A stretch of DNA of 64,000 nucleotides from Bugula neritina. Taxonomy: Eukaryota > Animalia > Bryozoa. Of the stretch, positions 1 to 12,627 are shown one piece after another. The notes beneath the pieces are model-generated. The model ran no database searches and was not told where the DNA came from. It saw only the letters and a program-made list of their open reading frames with translations. Within the stretch, counting starts at the first letter, position 1. Each line of letters starts with the position of its first letter. The stretch is taken from NCBI GenBank assembly GCA_964035545.1, contig OZ037768.1:21063700-21127699 (forward strand). Direction: 5' to 3'. The position numbers and the translations under genes are program-made.

Positions 1-700
1 GGAGCTGTCATCTTCAACTATTTCTTGCACTTTTTTGCACTTTAGGCAAGTTTATTATCAGAAGACACTACATCTATAAACTTCCCAAGTTTACCGGCAT
101 CAGTATCTAGAGTGACTTCATATCTGTTGTTGAGCCTTTGTAATCTCTGTCGTTTAGTCAGTGCGTCACTAATTTTAGCTGACCAATTGCTTTTGTATAA
201 CTTGAGGAAATTCTTCGAGTTCTTTTGCGATTCCTCATCATCCCTAATGATTGTCATCTCAACTTTTAGTGTGAGATCTGTATAAACATTTGAGCACTTT
301 TGCTTTCAAGTTTTGAGGCGGCCATTTCAACTGCTTCATATTTTTTTGTTACTTTCATTAGAGTACAGCTCTTTTGATAAGCGTCCAAGGAAACACAGTT
401 TCTTTCTGTTTATATTTTAAAATGAGCAGCCTTTCGATCCTTGTTTGACCCTGTTCTTAAGACTTGACTTTTGGCAAACTCTTATTAGGCTGTCATTTTT
501 AATAAAAGGCAATATTCCTGAAAGTAAAAAAAATAACCAACAGCTTGGAATTGTTTGTACACAGGTATGCAGAGCAAGCATGGTTAGGCATTGCTGTTTG
601 ATCTCACATGTTCATCTCCCAATAAACTTGCCCTTAGTAGCTGTCTTAACAAAACTGTCTGACGATTGCTCTGCAAGGTTATGTATGGCTCTTTGATATT
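1..700 (-). pseudogene. Degenerate coding relic resembling a repetitive invertebrate protein family of probable tyrosine-recombinase-transposon origin
   Basis: Minus-strand segments RKKLCFLGRLSKE and IIRDDEESQKNSKNFLKLYKSNWSAKISDAL recall recurrent motifs (RQKLRELGRLL; D..A..FL.LY...W...ISS.AL) of that family. Stops and frameshifts present. Recognised from memory only. Confidence 0.3.
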
Positions 701-1069
701 TGATCATATATTTATGGTAATCATCTTCAAAAGAGTATGGTAAGTGATAAGGAAAAGAATAAAAACCAGAAATATTTATTTTTATTTAGGTTTCCGACTC
801 TCATCTTGTATATAATAACTTATCTTTAGTGGGTATACTGCTACTACATAAAATAAAAGCATCTATCAACTCGAAACAGTAAATTTATCAATGCAGTGAA
901 ATAACTTTATAGTGAATATCCAGAAATCTTTTATAACATGCATACTACATCATTTAAGTATGCAGACATCATAAACCTTTCTTGTAGAAGGATCGGGGGC
1001 AACATGTTCTTCGACCAGCTTTTGAAAATCTTCCAATTTAGCAAGTGGCCAAAAGCATTGCTAAAAGAG

Positions 1070-1990
1070 AGGTGTCCACCACTTCCACAACCCCAACACA
1101 CAAGGGTGTGTCTGCCAACGGCAGCTGTTGACGACCTAGCAGGTCGATCAACTGCCGACTGTTGTCAGAGGCGCCTGATTTCCAAGCTCGTGGTTAAGTC
1201 GACCGGCTTGTCGGCTGCCGCCGTGGCTACGTGTACAGACGCCGTTGTCGGCTTCTACTTGCTGTACAGCCGTCCCAGGCTGACACTACCATCTGTTTCG
1301 AAATAGGCATTTCCAAGCTGGAGAGCCTTCTCCATCGTCCCAACTTCATTAGCAACTTGCGACAGCCGTTCCACCACGGTCGTGTGTTCTCGCAGAGGAA
1401 GTCCTAGGATGTCTCCTAAGCCCTTGGAGTTAGACACGCGCATCTCGAGCGGTGAGCCCAAACCTGGCTCTCAACGCATCGAAGATGTCGGTAACATCCT
1501 GGCCAATACCATAAAGTTTGGCCGCTCCAGCCAGGCACAACCGCAGCTGGATTAGAGTAACTCCGGCAGGCCAACGACAGATGGCTCCCACATAACATGC
1601 TGAATTCAGCGATAAATTGCTCCACATCTTCTCTTGAGAAGGTAGTAGCCCGCAAATAGTACCTGTCCATATGCAGCGCTGGGCCGCCTATGACATCCTC
1701 TACAGCTGCCCGTTGGATCGGTTCCAGACGTGGAATGTCTTCTTCGTTGTCACTGGTCATACTCTTTTACTCTTTGGCTAAGAGCATTAACTTCTAATTA
1801 TATCCCACTGCTGCCACCACTGTTGTGAAATTGTGCTTCACTTAGTTTGTGGGAATTAGAATTAAAGTAATGCCACTGGCTTAGAGTATGAAAGGGTTTA
1901 TTTATACAAATAATATAAAATTTTCTAACTACACAGAAATACAAGCATTACATAATTATACAATAGCGGAAACACAACCTAGCTAATCCA
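1070..1990 (-). mobile_element. Degenerate Ty3/Gypsy LTR-PBS-gag relic related to the element at 53930-61912
   Basis: Minus strand reads ...CACAACA-G-TGGTGGCAGCAGTGGGAT (same PBS as 54319). Frameshifted gag pieces DRYYLRATTF/DVEQFIAEF, LIQLRLCLAGAA, ALRARFGLT, VERLSQVA, EKALQLGNAYF and truncated knuckle CWGCGSGGH align with gag 54369-55268. Confidence 0.85.
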
Positions 1991-2039
1991 CTGCTGCCAC
2001 CCAACTGCCTGCTTTACAAGTGCGCTGTCATCCAAATTA

Positions 2040-4040
2040 GATAATTAGTCCCAGTTGTATTGTGAACTGCTTTCTTTTTATTATATCGTCACCGGGTCCT
2101 TATCCTTTCTTTGAATCTTGATTGAATTTTCTGTACCATTTTCTTGTAAAAACTTGGCATCTGGCATTTTTTTTGCCATCAAAAAATTGTTTGAACACTC
2201 TCTTCTCTTCAGGAAGCCATCAATGTTACTAAACGAGCAGCTATACATTTACTATTTTCACCTCACACTTTGTTTGCCGATCTGTAGGATATGGTAACTC
2301 ATTTTAGAAAGAATCATTTAAATATTTAACCATTTAAATATTTGTTGCTACTTTTAATGAAAGAGCTGTTTTAGTTTTCCTTCATATTAAAGTGGTAAGC
2401 AATATGGTTACAAAATTAGCATATATAATACAAATAAATGTCTTCAAGTTACACTTACATTTCATCTTGCTAGGTTCTCTTATAGCGTTGCTTGGGGTGG
2501 ACATTTTCGGAGAGCTTTCTAAAATATAATAAATAGTATGCTCAATAAAAATACTATAAACAATACTATAAAGAGCAGCACCAAAGTAAAGTTACTCTTG
2601 TAAGTGTGTGATACATATAAACAGTTACTTTAGCAATTTTGGTTACAGATAATGTTTAAATTTTACATAGAATTGCTAAAGTACGTGTAGGTCTTTTAAA
2701 AGTAGATTTGAATGCAATTAAAAACTTTGACAATTCAAACTGTGGTTTTCTCTTCCTCACAATCATCATCCATATCATTACCAAGATGTATGTTATCTGT
2801 TACAGAAACAAAAAACATTGCATAATCATATTTAAACTGCACACTCTGACTATAACCACTATTAAGCAACCAGTTTAAAAGGTTTTTTTGCCCTCTATTA
2901 TTAAAAGTTAATCCAAGTTATCTATTATTATACAATTGAGTGAAGTAGGACCCTGGTTGTAAGTTGGCAGCTGAGGATTCTTGTTTGATGGATTAATAGT
3001 CACTTTTAATTTTTTTCCAGGTTTGAAGTCTGTTCTAATACATTTGGCAAAGATACAAGACATTTTATATAGCTGTGATGTAATCTAAATTACTTTTAGT
3101 TTCACAGTTCGGCTTGTTTTTTTCCAGTAAAACCAGTTAAAAGTTTTTTACTGTGACCACAAATTTGTGCAAACTATTAGTAAGTTGAGTCTATAAGAAA
3201 ATGTATTTGAAAAAATGTAGTTATTGGAAAAAAACATCTCGGCTTCTCACTATTTTCCTAGTAGTGTGTTATTTAGGAGCAGTAGTGGAGAAATTGTTAT
3301 TGTTATGTTTTTAATGTAATTGAAATACTCTCTTTGTATAATGACTATTATAATTGCACATAATTATTGTAATTGTGTATTTGAGTTTATATAACACACG
3401 AACATTTTCTAGAAAGAAATTAAAAACCTTTTGGAGGGTTCAAGAGTAGGTCTCTAATCTGCAAAGTGATGATTTCTACAAGGAGTTATCTTTTCTTTGA
3501 TTGGTATTCCAACAATTGCTAAATGGTAAGTTGACCGAATTGAATCTTTGGCTGAAAATTGCGAAAGTTTAAATGTGACTTGAGAAGATGTATCAATCTT
3601 GATTGATAAATTTATTTATTCATTAAATATCTGGGACATGAAAACATGGTGCAAAATTCAGTGTAAATACTGGCTATATAATAAGTGGACATGAAAAAGA
3701 TTGGAACAAAAAGTCAGAACTCTGTTGGATTATTTAAAATAAAACACCATTCCAAGTATTTACAAGGTGTTGTAAAAAGTTTTCCCTGCCCCATGTTTTT
3801 GATGGTTCTACATCTTCTACATTGATAAAATGGTCATAGCCTGTTATATATTTGACTGCAAGTGCTTTAGTTAGTTTCTGAATATGCAAATGATTTACTT
3901 TGCCATTATATAGGTAATGCACACATACCCAAAGCTCCATAAGGAGTTCTGGTGGTGCACAGGCTAAGAAAGGTTGGGGTAGTGAAGTGAGAGACTGGTG
4001 ATTGTCTGCTACTGTGAAACCTCTTGGCTTCCTTCCTAGA
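2040..4040 (-). pseudogene. Possible spliced, degenerate gene of unknown product
   Basis: Several short higher-GC blocks bounded by minus-strand acceptor/donor-like sites (about 2284, 2460-2518, 2797, 3930-4040). No continuous frame could be assembled. Confidence 0.2.
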
Positions 4041-5346
4041 AACCTGTTGTTTTATGGTGAATTATTCTTGCATAATTCTGCCAAACAGTAAATCATTAAA
4101 GTTGTATGTTTAGTAGCTTGACATGTAGCCTGCTGGAAACATCAGTGTTGCTATTTTAGAGTTTAAATCTAATTAAGCAATCAGGAGTTGGCAGTTGATG
4201 ATTCTGTTTTATGAATTAAAAGTTGTTATTCTGTGTTTTTAGAAGTTTTTCCTTGTTGAAAATCTGTTTTTATTCCATTTGGAAAAAAAGTATAGTATTT
4301 TTTTATATTTGTGATGTAATAATGATTTCATACTCCAGCCTGTTTTTCAAACTAAACTTTCATGATGATTTTACTGTGACCATATTGTTAGTATAGTTGA
4401 AGCACTGATGGCTATAATCAAATATTTATAGGGGGAAAATGATTCATTGGCTTTTCACTCTTCCTACAGTAATATGTAATGATGATTATTATTTGATACA
4501 ACCATTGTAAATATTTATTTGAATATGTATAACCCAGTAACTGCTTATATAATTTGTCATTAGATTTATAAAATATAATATATAGTTATTTGTACAAGAC
4601 TCTTAATTAAATTGTGTGCCTCTCTTTATTGTAAAACATTAATATGCTTACAACTTATATGTCTTCTGAGTCCTTGAAAGTAGAATTCATAAAAATGAGC
4701 ATTTATTAAAATTAAATGTATCTATAATAGAATGGAGGTATAGAGGGTGATAAAGGCATATGGATAAAAAATACCCAACACTGTTTAAACATTTGATATT
4801 GGTTTTTCAAAACTGCTGCAACAAGAATATATCTTGTCACTTAATATCTAATGGAAGTAGTTGAATGAAGCCGCAAATATAAGTTAATGAAAACCACAAA
4901 TAATGTGTATGGGCATCTATTCACATAATGAGCAGTCATGGAGCCTAAAATACAAATAACTCTTTTTCTCAATAGATTTGCTGCTATACTCATAGCAGTA
5001 GCCATATTGCAAATACATTATGACTTACATGGTTCATGAAATATGAATGGTGCAACCATCAAGTAGGCCTATATATATTTTATAAAAGCAATCTGGAAGA
5101 ACTTTTTGACTTGATTCAGCTATTTACAAGCAAATCAATAATTTCTAACCATAAGTAGTTTCATTCACTCAAGAACATCATCACTGATACTATGGCAAAC
5201 TTTGCAATACTACAGACCTGTTAGTTGGTGTACAGCTCAGTGCAGAACCAGTTATAACTGCCCACCTGATTATCAACAGTTAATTAGTAATGCCTGTTAA
5301 TCTATTGATGGAACTGGAAACAACTCAAGTGTTGATATTTTTATAT

Positions 5347-5501
5347 TCACTGCGTTTCCATGACTGCGCATAATGCGAATGACTGCCCCGTACGGATTAT
5401 TTGTGATTTGTGGTTTGCATTACCTTATAGTTGCATGTAACTGTTTCCATTAGCCGAATGAAAAAATCCATTCGCATAATGCGATAATGGAAACGCAGTG
5501 A
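5347..5501. mobile_element. MITE (PIF/Harbinger-like termini)
   Basis: Terminal inverted repeats TCACTGCGTTTCCAT...ATGGAAACGCAGTGA. Absent from the equivalent position of copy B (about 11945). Confidence 0.65.
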
Positions 5502-5726
5502 TAGTCTGTATTGTATAAATGGAGGAGTCAAAAGCAGAAAAATATCAGTGGTTAATATGAATATGACTTGTTAAAATAGCTCATAAAAGAAGAAATGAAA
5601 TTAATTGCTTTTAATTTGCTGTTACTTATTGCATTACCTCATTTGTTTTATAGATAACATAACATATACATGCATATTTTTCTATACTATATTTCAAAAA
5701 TACCGAAATGTAGTCCATGCAAGAAA

Positions 5727-8214
5727 CTAATCAGAATCAACGTTCATTCCACAGAAGGTCCAGTAGCAAGAGCCAGTTCCCAACACTTTGTAAATGTAGT
5801 CACCAGCCCTCTCGGAGCACTTCTGGACCAGCATGGAGTTGGTCTGAGGCCATGTGTACCTACACAGACATAACATCATAATTATAATATTCTCTTCATT
5901 GTGTTAATTATATCACATTTAGGCTATAAATTAATACTATTTTACACTTGAAAAATTACACTGTACAACATAAGAATTGGTTTGCATTGTTCATGTTAAC
6001 TGTGACAATGTGGTTACTGTAGCACTGTAGTGATTATTGTGACAAGGTTTATTGTAATTTAATGTAATAATAATTGTAATAATGCAATAGTATTATAGTA
6101 AGTATAGAAAAATAACCAACCATGAGCAATCTCCATTCCAGCTACCATATATGGGCACCTGGTGTATCTCTCCCACGACAGTTGGCATAGGGGCATTAGT
6201 CCAGAATCCTCCATGACTTCCACAAGAATATTTAACAGGACATATGTTAGACATTTGTGAGCCAGCAGATCCTGTGAACCTGTCCATGTATTGAATAAAC
6301 AGTCTCAGTGAATTCACACACTAATTAGTTAGATATTGTGCTCTAGACTAGAAGCTCTGCAAAAAGTTGGTTTTGTAAAATGTCAACCCTAAATTCAGAC
6401 CTTATTAAAATAAGTTAACCTCTACATTGACTTTCAACCTCTTTGCTAAATCATATATATGGTGATTTCACGAGATATAAACAATCATTTATATACCCTT
6501 ATTATCTTTATTTATATGATATGATACTATTCATGTGGCCATATTTGTCTATATCAAAACAAATATATATTGTGTAGCTACCGTTAATTGACAGCTAAAA
6601 TTAATAAACTATGCATAAGTTGTATGTTGTAAACCGAGTATGCACCTGAACCAGTGTTGCGCTCTCTGTAGCTCTCGGTCACATGCATAAAACCCATTGG
6701 CTGGTAGGAGATTAGAGCCGTCCAAGTCTCGTCTCCATGATCCAGTCAAATTTACAGTCTCCATAGATCTGCAAGGACCTGAAATATACAGCACAGGGTT
6801 CTTCATAAATTGTAATTATGGTGTTGAGTTAACCCAGCAGCCCTTGTGGTGTACTTGGTTAGTGTGCCTGCTTGCAAGCTGAAGGTCTGTGGTTTGAATC
6901 CCAGGAAGGGCAACTATTTTACAGGCTATTTCAGCCTTTAGTGAAGTGTAGTAGAACTCTATAAAGGAGGTAAAGAGGCTAGGGGAGCCTGATGACTGAA
7001 GGAGTAGTAGAGAGGCTAGTTGAGCTCTTGGAAACTGGGTGGGATGTAGTGTTGAGTTTACCCAGCCGGAGGTGTGTGGTTGGAATCCCAGTGGAGCCAA
7101 TTATTTTACAGTAATAGCTCTAATTTATAGCTGTTTGGGTGAAATTTTGACAGTTTTAATTATTTTAATATATTATGTAGTACTTTAACTCGCGAATTGC
7201 TTTCAATTAATTTCACCAAATCACAACTTTTTCTCCTGTATATAAGTATTTTTTTTAATTTGTCACAGTTCTAGAGAAAATGATAATTTTAAATAATGAG
7301 TAAATAAATACGTTTGGACTGATGCATCTAACTAGAAATATTAAATGTATGATTATAGATTAGAAAGCTTTGGCTACATTTGACAAGAAAATATGCATTT
7401 ACAGCAGCAAGTTCACAAGTGTAAACAACAGAGTTTATATACCGAGTATTGATAGTTGGTTAGAAGGTTGACTTGTGGGTGACAGAACTGTAGGAGCTGG
7501 AGTCGTTGGGTTGGGATCCTCAGACTCTCCCTCTACGTCACATTCATTTAAGAGATCTCGTAACAACAGTCTCAGAGATTCTTCAGATTGCCTTTTCTTC
7601 CTGGCACCTATATTTATACACACTGATTTTTATCAAGTGTCTACAACAGCATTTGTGTTCAATGTTGTTATAATACAGCTTGTCAGTTTGTATCTGATGT
7701 CAGCTATATATAGCCATGAATGAACTGGTTATATATTGATATACTCAATAGACATGGTGAGAGCGCATTTGGGAGTTAAAATAATTTACTGCTGCATACC
7801 ATTATGCCATATCACAGCATTAGCCTGTTACATGTCTATTATAATAATTTATTTTTTGCCACAGATGTAGGCATGTGAAGTGCAATGAAAAGTTGAGAAA
7901 AGCCAGCATTCCATATGCAAGATGTAGCATTAGAGATTTTGTTTGCAAGAACTTTCTAAAAAGAACTTTATTAAGTTTAAGCAATTGAAAAGGTTTGGCT
8001 ACTGATTTTCAAAATTTGCTGCTTTTAGTTAATTGGTTAGAGACTCACCACCAGTCCTGAGGTCAGCATGGCAGTGCTGCTCGATGTTAGACATTAACAT
8101 GTTTACTTTCTCATCTGTTGTGTCCTTCAACTCATTCTTTCTCTTCAGCTCTTTTAAGGAAAGGTCTGCATTAGCTGAAATGACTAAACATAGTACGAAG
8201 TAAGCCCAAAGCAT
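5727..8214 (-). CDS. Secreted uromodulin/GP2/OIT3-like D8C-domain protein, copy A (251 aa, 5 exons)
   Basis: Exons 8214-8049, 7607-7443, 6778-6646, 6279-6121, 5859-5727, all GT-AG with compatible phases (1,1,2,2), 756 nt. Signal peptide MLWAYFVLCLVISANA, RKKR site, P/T/S linker, then GPC..W.R..CD..WFRFTGSAGSQM...C....CGSHGGFW....P...C..W...V.KC....YIYK....C....C. Confidence 0.9.
6840..6912 (+). mobile_element. tRNA-like sequence (TGC/Ala-like anticodon loop), probably a SINE head or tRNA pseudogene, intronic
   Basis: 73 nt with acceptor stem GCCCTT/AAGGGC-A, A-box TGGTGTACTTGG, loop CTTGCAA and B-box GGTTTGAATCC. Stems imperfect. A partial second copy lies at about 7050-7100. Confidence 0.6.
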
Positions 8215-8535
8215 TGTGTTGATCACTAGTGAACAGCTGCGATGACAACACCAACATGAAAAGTAGCAATAGTTGTGTGGGTTACCCTTTTTATAGCTGG
8301 TAATATTTGTACCATGCAGTTCTCATCTACAAGGAAATAAAAGCAGCAAAATATTATAGTTCAATCAGATGCAAATGGCAATCATGCATACAGCAATATA
8401 AGGATAATCTAGATAACAGAAATGGAGTAAACGGCATGATGATACTAAAAATACAGAAAACAGCTTTAAAGAATGACTTACTGTTTACAAGTAGCAATAT
8501 TATACTTAGAATAGCCAGCTTTTTATTGATGCTTT

Positions 8536-8668
8536 GTCACAGTATAATGTTCAGGATGTCACAGCATAATGTTCAGGATGTCACAGCATGATGTTCAGGA
8601 TATCACAGTATAATGTTCAGGATGTCACAGTATAATGTTCAGGATGTCACAGCATAATGTTCAGGATG
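8536..8668. repeat. 22-bp minisatellite (TGTCACAGYATAATGTTCAGGA), about 6 copies
   Basis: Direct tandem copies. Copy B (about 15445-15520) has about 3 units. Confidence 0.85.
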
Positions 8669-8749
8669 TGTTTTTGATGAAGATTCATGAATAACTGTGG
8701 CAGCAGATCTATGTGAACCATACTGCTGACTATTGCATAGACCTACTGC

Positions 8750-9040
8750 ATATGGTATTGCATAATATGGTACTGTATATTAGAGTATTATCTATGGTAT
8801 TGTATTATAGTAATATAATTATGTGGTATTGTGTATATATATGGTATTGTATATAGTATTATATGTGGTATTGCATATAGTATTGTATATGGTATTATAT
8901 GATATTGCATATTGCATTGTAGCCTGTAATATGGTATTGTATATTGTATTTTACATTATATGGCACTGTATATGGTATTATATATGGTATTGTATATGGT
9001 AGTATATATATATATACTGTATTGTATATTGTTAATGCAT
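8750..9040. repeat. Degenerate 12-bp tandem repeat (ATGGTATTGTAT)
   Basis: Visible periodicity. Expanded in copy B at 15590-16070. Confidence 0.8.
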
Positions 9041-9394
9041 ATTACATTTGTAACTGTCTCCATTTTTTCTTAAAACAACTAATTTTTGCCCTTATTTTAC
9101 AGCTTTAAAGCTTCCATTCAAAAACAGATTATAGCAGTTGGTTAAAAGTAGAACTCAGTTGAAGAAAGACAACTCCAGTGAAACGCCACAAACTTTTTGT
9201 TTAATAAATATTTCTTTATAACCTATTTCACTATAATATTATTGCTGGCTTTAGGAAAGTCAATTTATGTGTGTATATATATGAATCGAGCAAAAAATCT
9301 AGCATAATGCTTTACAACAGAGTTGAATTATTTTATAAAATTAACATTATGCTTCATCTGTTTGAAAGAATGAAAATCGTTTTAACTTTTATAC

Positions 9395-9750
9395 TGTAGT
9401 AGATTTGTGGGTAGAATGCAGTTTAAGCAGGGAGCATAACTCCAGTATAGAAAGAACAAGATGAGGTAGCTTGAGCAGATAAATCTTTATTGCTGTATAT
9501 AGCTGGTAAAAGTAATCTTAGTCGTGAGCTCCAGTAGTAGACTGACTTTACACTGCGAGATCGCCTCCTTTTATACAAGAAAAACTTTTTTGTTCTCACC
9601 CTGTCCGATTGTTGGAGCCCGATAATTGGCACTTGCCGACTTTTGGACAGGACCGAATTACATAATCGTATTTAAAAATAAAATAAAGTGCATGAAAATA
9701 CAACTCTAATGTAATATATATATTTTTTTTTGCTGTAGGTTTCCACTGCA
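9395..9750 (-). mobile_element. Solo LTR of a Gypsy family related to the 53930 element
   Basis: TG...CA ends, ATAC 4-bp TSD (9391-9394 and 9751-9754). Shares TATAAAA...CAGTCTACTACTGGAGCTC...CAATAAAG...ACCCACAAA with the 388-bp LTR. Empty site in copy B at about 16390. Confidence 0.85.
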
Positions 9751-10337
9751 ATACCTACTATTGGACTACAGTTGGATGCAGGACGTTGTGCTTCAGCATG
9801 AAAGCCTAATTAAATATTCAGTTTATTTATATTGAGGACAGGTAACCCTTGTGTTATAATATATATATATTTATTATATACTCCTGCATGTTCAATGTTA
9901 TTGGTTGCGGTTGGAGTGGTTTTCATTCTTGTCCTACCCAGTAAATGTTCACTATATTTTGGGACACAACCATGTGGTATTTTTAAGGACAATCTTTGTG
10001 TGTGTAACATATTTTTGCCTGGTATACAGTAACAACAACTATAACTCATAAACTCTTTGTAAACTTATTAGAATTAGTTTGAAGCACTCATAGCAAAACT
10101 GCTTTTTTTTAATATTGTTAAATATTATTTACTGACCCTTTACATGAAATAACAAAGAGGTTAGCTACTTTTATGCATACTATAATCATATCAGCTGAAT
10201 TATTATTTTGTAATAAATACTTCCATGGCTTTTCTTGTACATAGTTTTTGTGAGCATTACTTTGATATTTTTAATCAAATTTACCGATGCATGCAATCAT
10301 TTATATATACCTCTTGTTTTATTGTATTCAGTTTTTA

Positions 10338-10440
10338 CCAGCAATACCCTATTAGCTCACGTGGTATGGTGTCGTAGGCTTTTTCAAGGTCCACAAACAC
10401 TATATGAAGCGCTTTGTTGTGCTCTCCGTGTTTTTGCTGG
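10338..10440 (-). mobile_element. Short RTE-type LINE reverse transcriptase fragment
   Basis: Translates QQKHGEHNKALHIVFVDLEKAYDTIPRELIGYC (FVDLEKAYD RT motif). Confidence 0.75.
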
Positions 10441-11020
10441 TGGTAGGCACAAGTCACTCAGTCAAAGTGATAACTCTACTTATACTACATGATAAAGGAG
10501 CCCATTGTTTACTAACTGAGTTTATCTATACATGCAGATATGCCAGCTTGGTTAGTATGATAGGAGTGTAGCCAGCTTATCTCCCTCTAAATCTCACTAT
10601 TATTTTAAAAGGTCAGCAATGGATTCTAAATATTATATTTATATTTTGGGAAGTATTTAGACATCTGATTGCTACTACAAATTAATAAATACAGTGCAGT
10701 TTGTATATTATAGTAGAAGCAAAGACATGTAGATTTGATATTATCATGAGAATCTCTGATTCTTAATTCCACCCGGCCGCTGTAGTTTGTAAATATTAAG
10801 TGTGTTCCACAATTAAATTCACATTAGGACAGAAATTTGATGGCCTTATTATGATTATGCATAAATTTGTATAATCATTATATTAATAGAAGCTTTAAAA
10901 TAAAAGCTTTAAATAGGCTATAGTAAATATAGATTGCAGTAGATATAGGTTACAGCAAATAGGTGGCGCTAAATAGGTGGCACTAAATAGAGTACAGTTA
11001 ATAGGTTACAGTAAGTGAAA
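10440..11020 (-). repeat. Inverted copy of the upstream/promoter-like module at about 19850-20830
   Basis: Reverse complement matches AGAGGGAGATAAGCTGGCTACACTCCTATCAT...GTAGTATAAGTAG and GAACACACTTAATATTTACAAACTAC. Confidence 0.85.
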
Positions 11021-12114
11021 AGACTAGTCTAGCACATCAAACTGCAGTGCAATATTATAAATAAAATATATATAGTGACTGTATACTACACAATTAATTT
11101 AATGCTAACAGTTGACCTAGATTATGATACAAACAAGCCTGAAGGTGAAATTAAAGGTGTTTTTGATTAGCCACAAATATATAAAATGTCTTACATTTTT
11201 TTCCAAATAAATTGAAAACAAAGTTTAAACCAGGAAAGGTTTTTAAATAGACAGAATAAAATTAACTTTTAATCCCTGAAAAAAAACTCATTAGCTGCAA
11301 GTTAACTCAAGCCTGACTAATCAGATTTAATCTCCTATTTGAGTAACACTGATGTTTCCAGCAGTTCATGTGTTTATCTACTAAACATACAACTGGAATG
11401 ATTTGTTGTCATTTTTATATTTGCACCTTCAATTTTAAATAGTGAAGATTGTTAAAATTTTTGCAGAGAAAATATGTTGTCATCTACAATTTTTATAAAT
11501 GAAAAATAGAAATTTCTTTCATAAATAGATTTTCTATTTGGGCTGCTATAATAAGTTCTTATAATTATACTTTATAAGTGGACATATTGTAAATTCATTA
11601 TTTATTTACAGCTCAGAAAATGTTAATGGAAATTGTCTATGTCACAGCCAACAATTATAGTAAATATATTTTATAAATGCAACTTTGAAGACTTTTCTGG
11701 TTATTCAGCTATTTACAGGCAAATCAATAATTTCCAACCATAAGTAGTTTCATTCACCCAAGAACATCATCAGCTAGTGATAAAGTTTTGCTATGGCAAA
11801 CTTTGTAATGCTACAGACCTGTTAGTTGGTGTACATCTCAGTGCAAAACCAGTTATAACACAGACCTGATTATCAACAGTCAATTAGTGATGACTGTTGA
11901 TCTATTGATGGAACTGGAAACAACTCAAGTGTTTATATTTTTATTATTGTATAAATAGTGAAGTTACGAGCAGTAAAAATATATTGCAGTAGTAAAATTG
12001 AACACGCGGTAAAATAGCTTTAACAGAAGAAACAAACTCAATTGCTTGCAATTTCATGGCTGTGTCTCTTATATTAGTTAGTCTTTAGTTACACATAATA
12101 TATAAAATATAATA

Positions 12115-12319
12115 CAGTGCTCCCTCTGTATATCTCACGGTTCCAGTTAACTAACAAAAGTCTATAAGTCACATTTTGTGGTCTATGTATGTGTGTAGTG
12201 TGTACAGGGTCAAAATGGCCAATTTAACAAATTTGTAAATTAACTCTCGTATTCTATAACTATCTCACTAATTAAGATTTTAGAACTCACAGCTTAGTGA
12301 GATATGGAGGGAGCACCAG
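12115..12319. mobile_element. Tc1/pogo-type MITE, degenerate
   Basis: TA-CAGTGCTCCCTCTGTATATCTCAC ... GTGAGATATGGAGGGAGCAC inverted termini. Present only in copy B. Confidence 0.55.
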
Positions 12320-12627
12320 GTATTGATAAAAAAATAGAAGAGTAAAATGCGTATTTCTAAGTTACATCACACAAATATTGAGATGTAATCCATGGAGAAG
12401 TCAAAAGCAGAAAAAATTCAGTGGTTAATATTATTATGGTTTGTTAAAATAGCGTATAAAAGAAGAAAAAAGTTAATTGCTTTTAGTTTGATGTCACTTA
12501 TTGCATTATTTGATTTTTTTTATAGAGATAACATAACATATATTGTAATAAGCATGTAAAAGATGACACATGCATATTTTTCTATATTGTATTTCACAAC
12601 ATATTGAAATGTAATCCATGCAAGCTA

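Larger units (their letters stand above)
5070..9900. repeat. Tandem segmental duplication, copy A
   Basis: Colinear high identity with about 11665-16540 across exons, introns and upstream repeats. Identity decays toward both ends. Confidence 0.92.

Noticed and set aside
8307-8591. ORF MYHAVLIYKE conserved in both duplicates
   Set aside because: Conservation reflects the recent duplication. It starts at TTG, is truncated in copy B and overlaps the D8C gene's upstream region.
8536-8668. CRISPR-like array
   Set aside because: Head-to-tail repeats without unique spacers, in a eukaryotic context.
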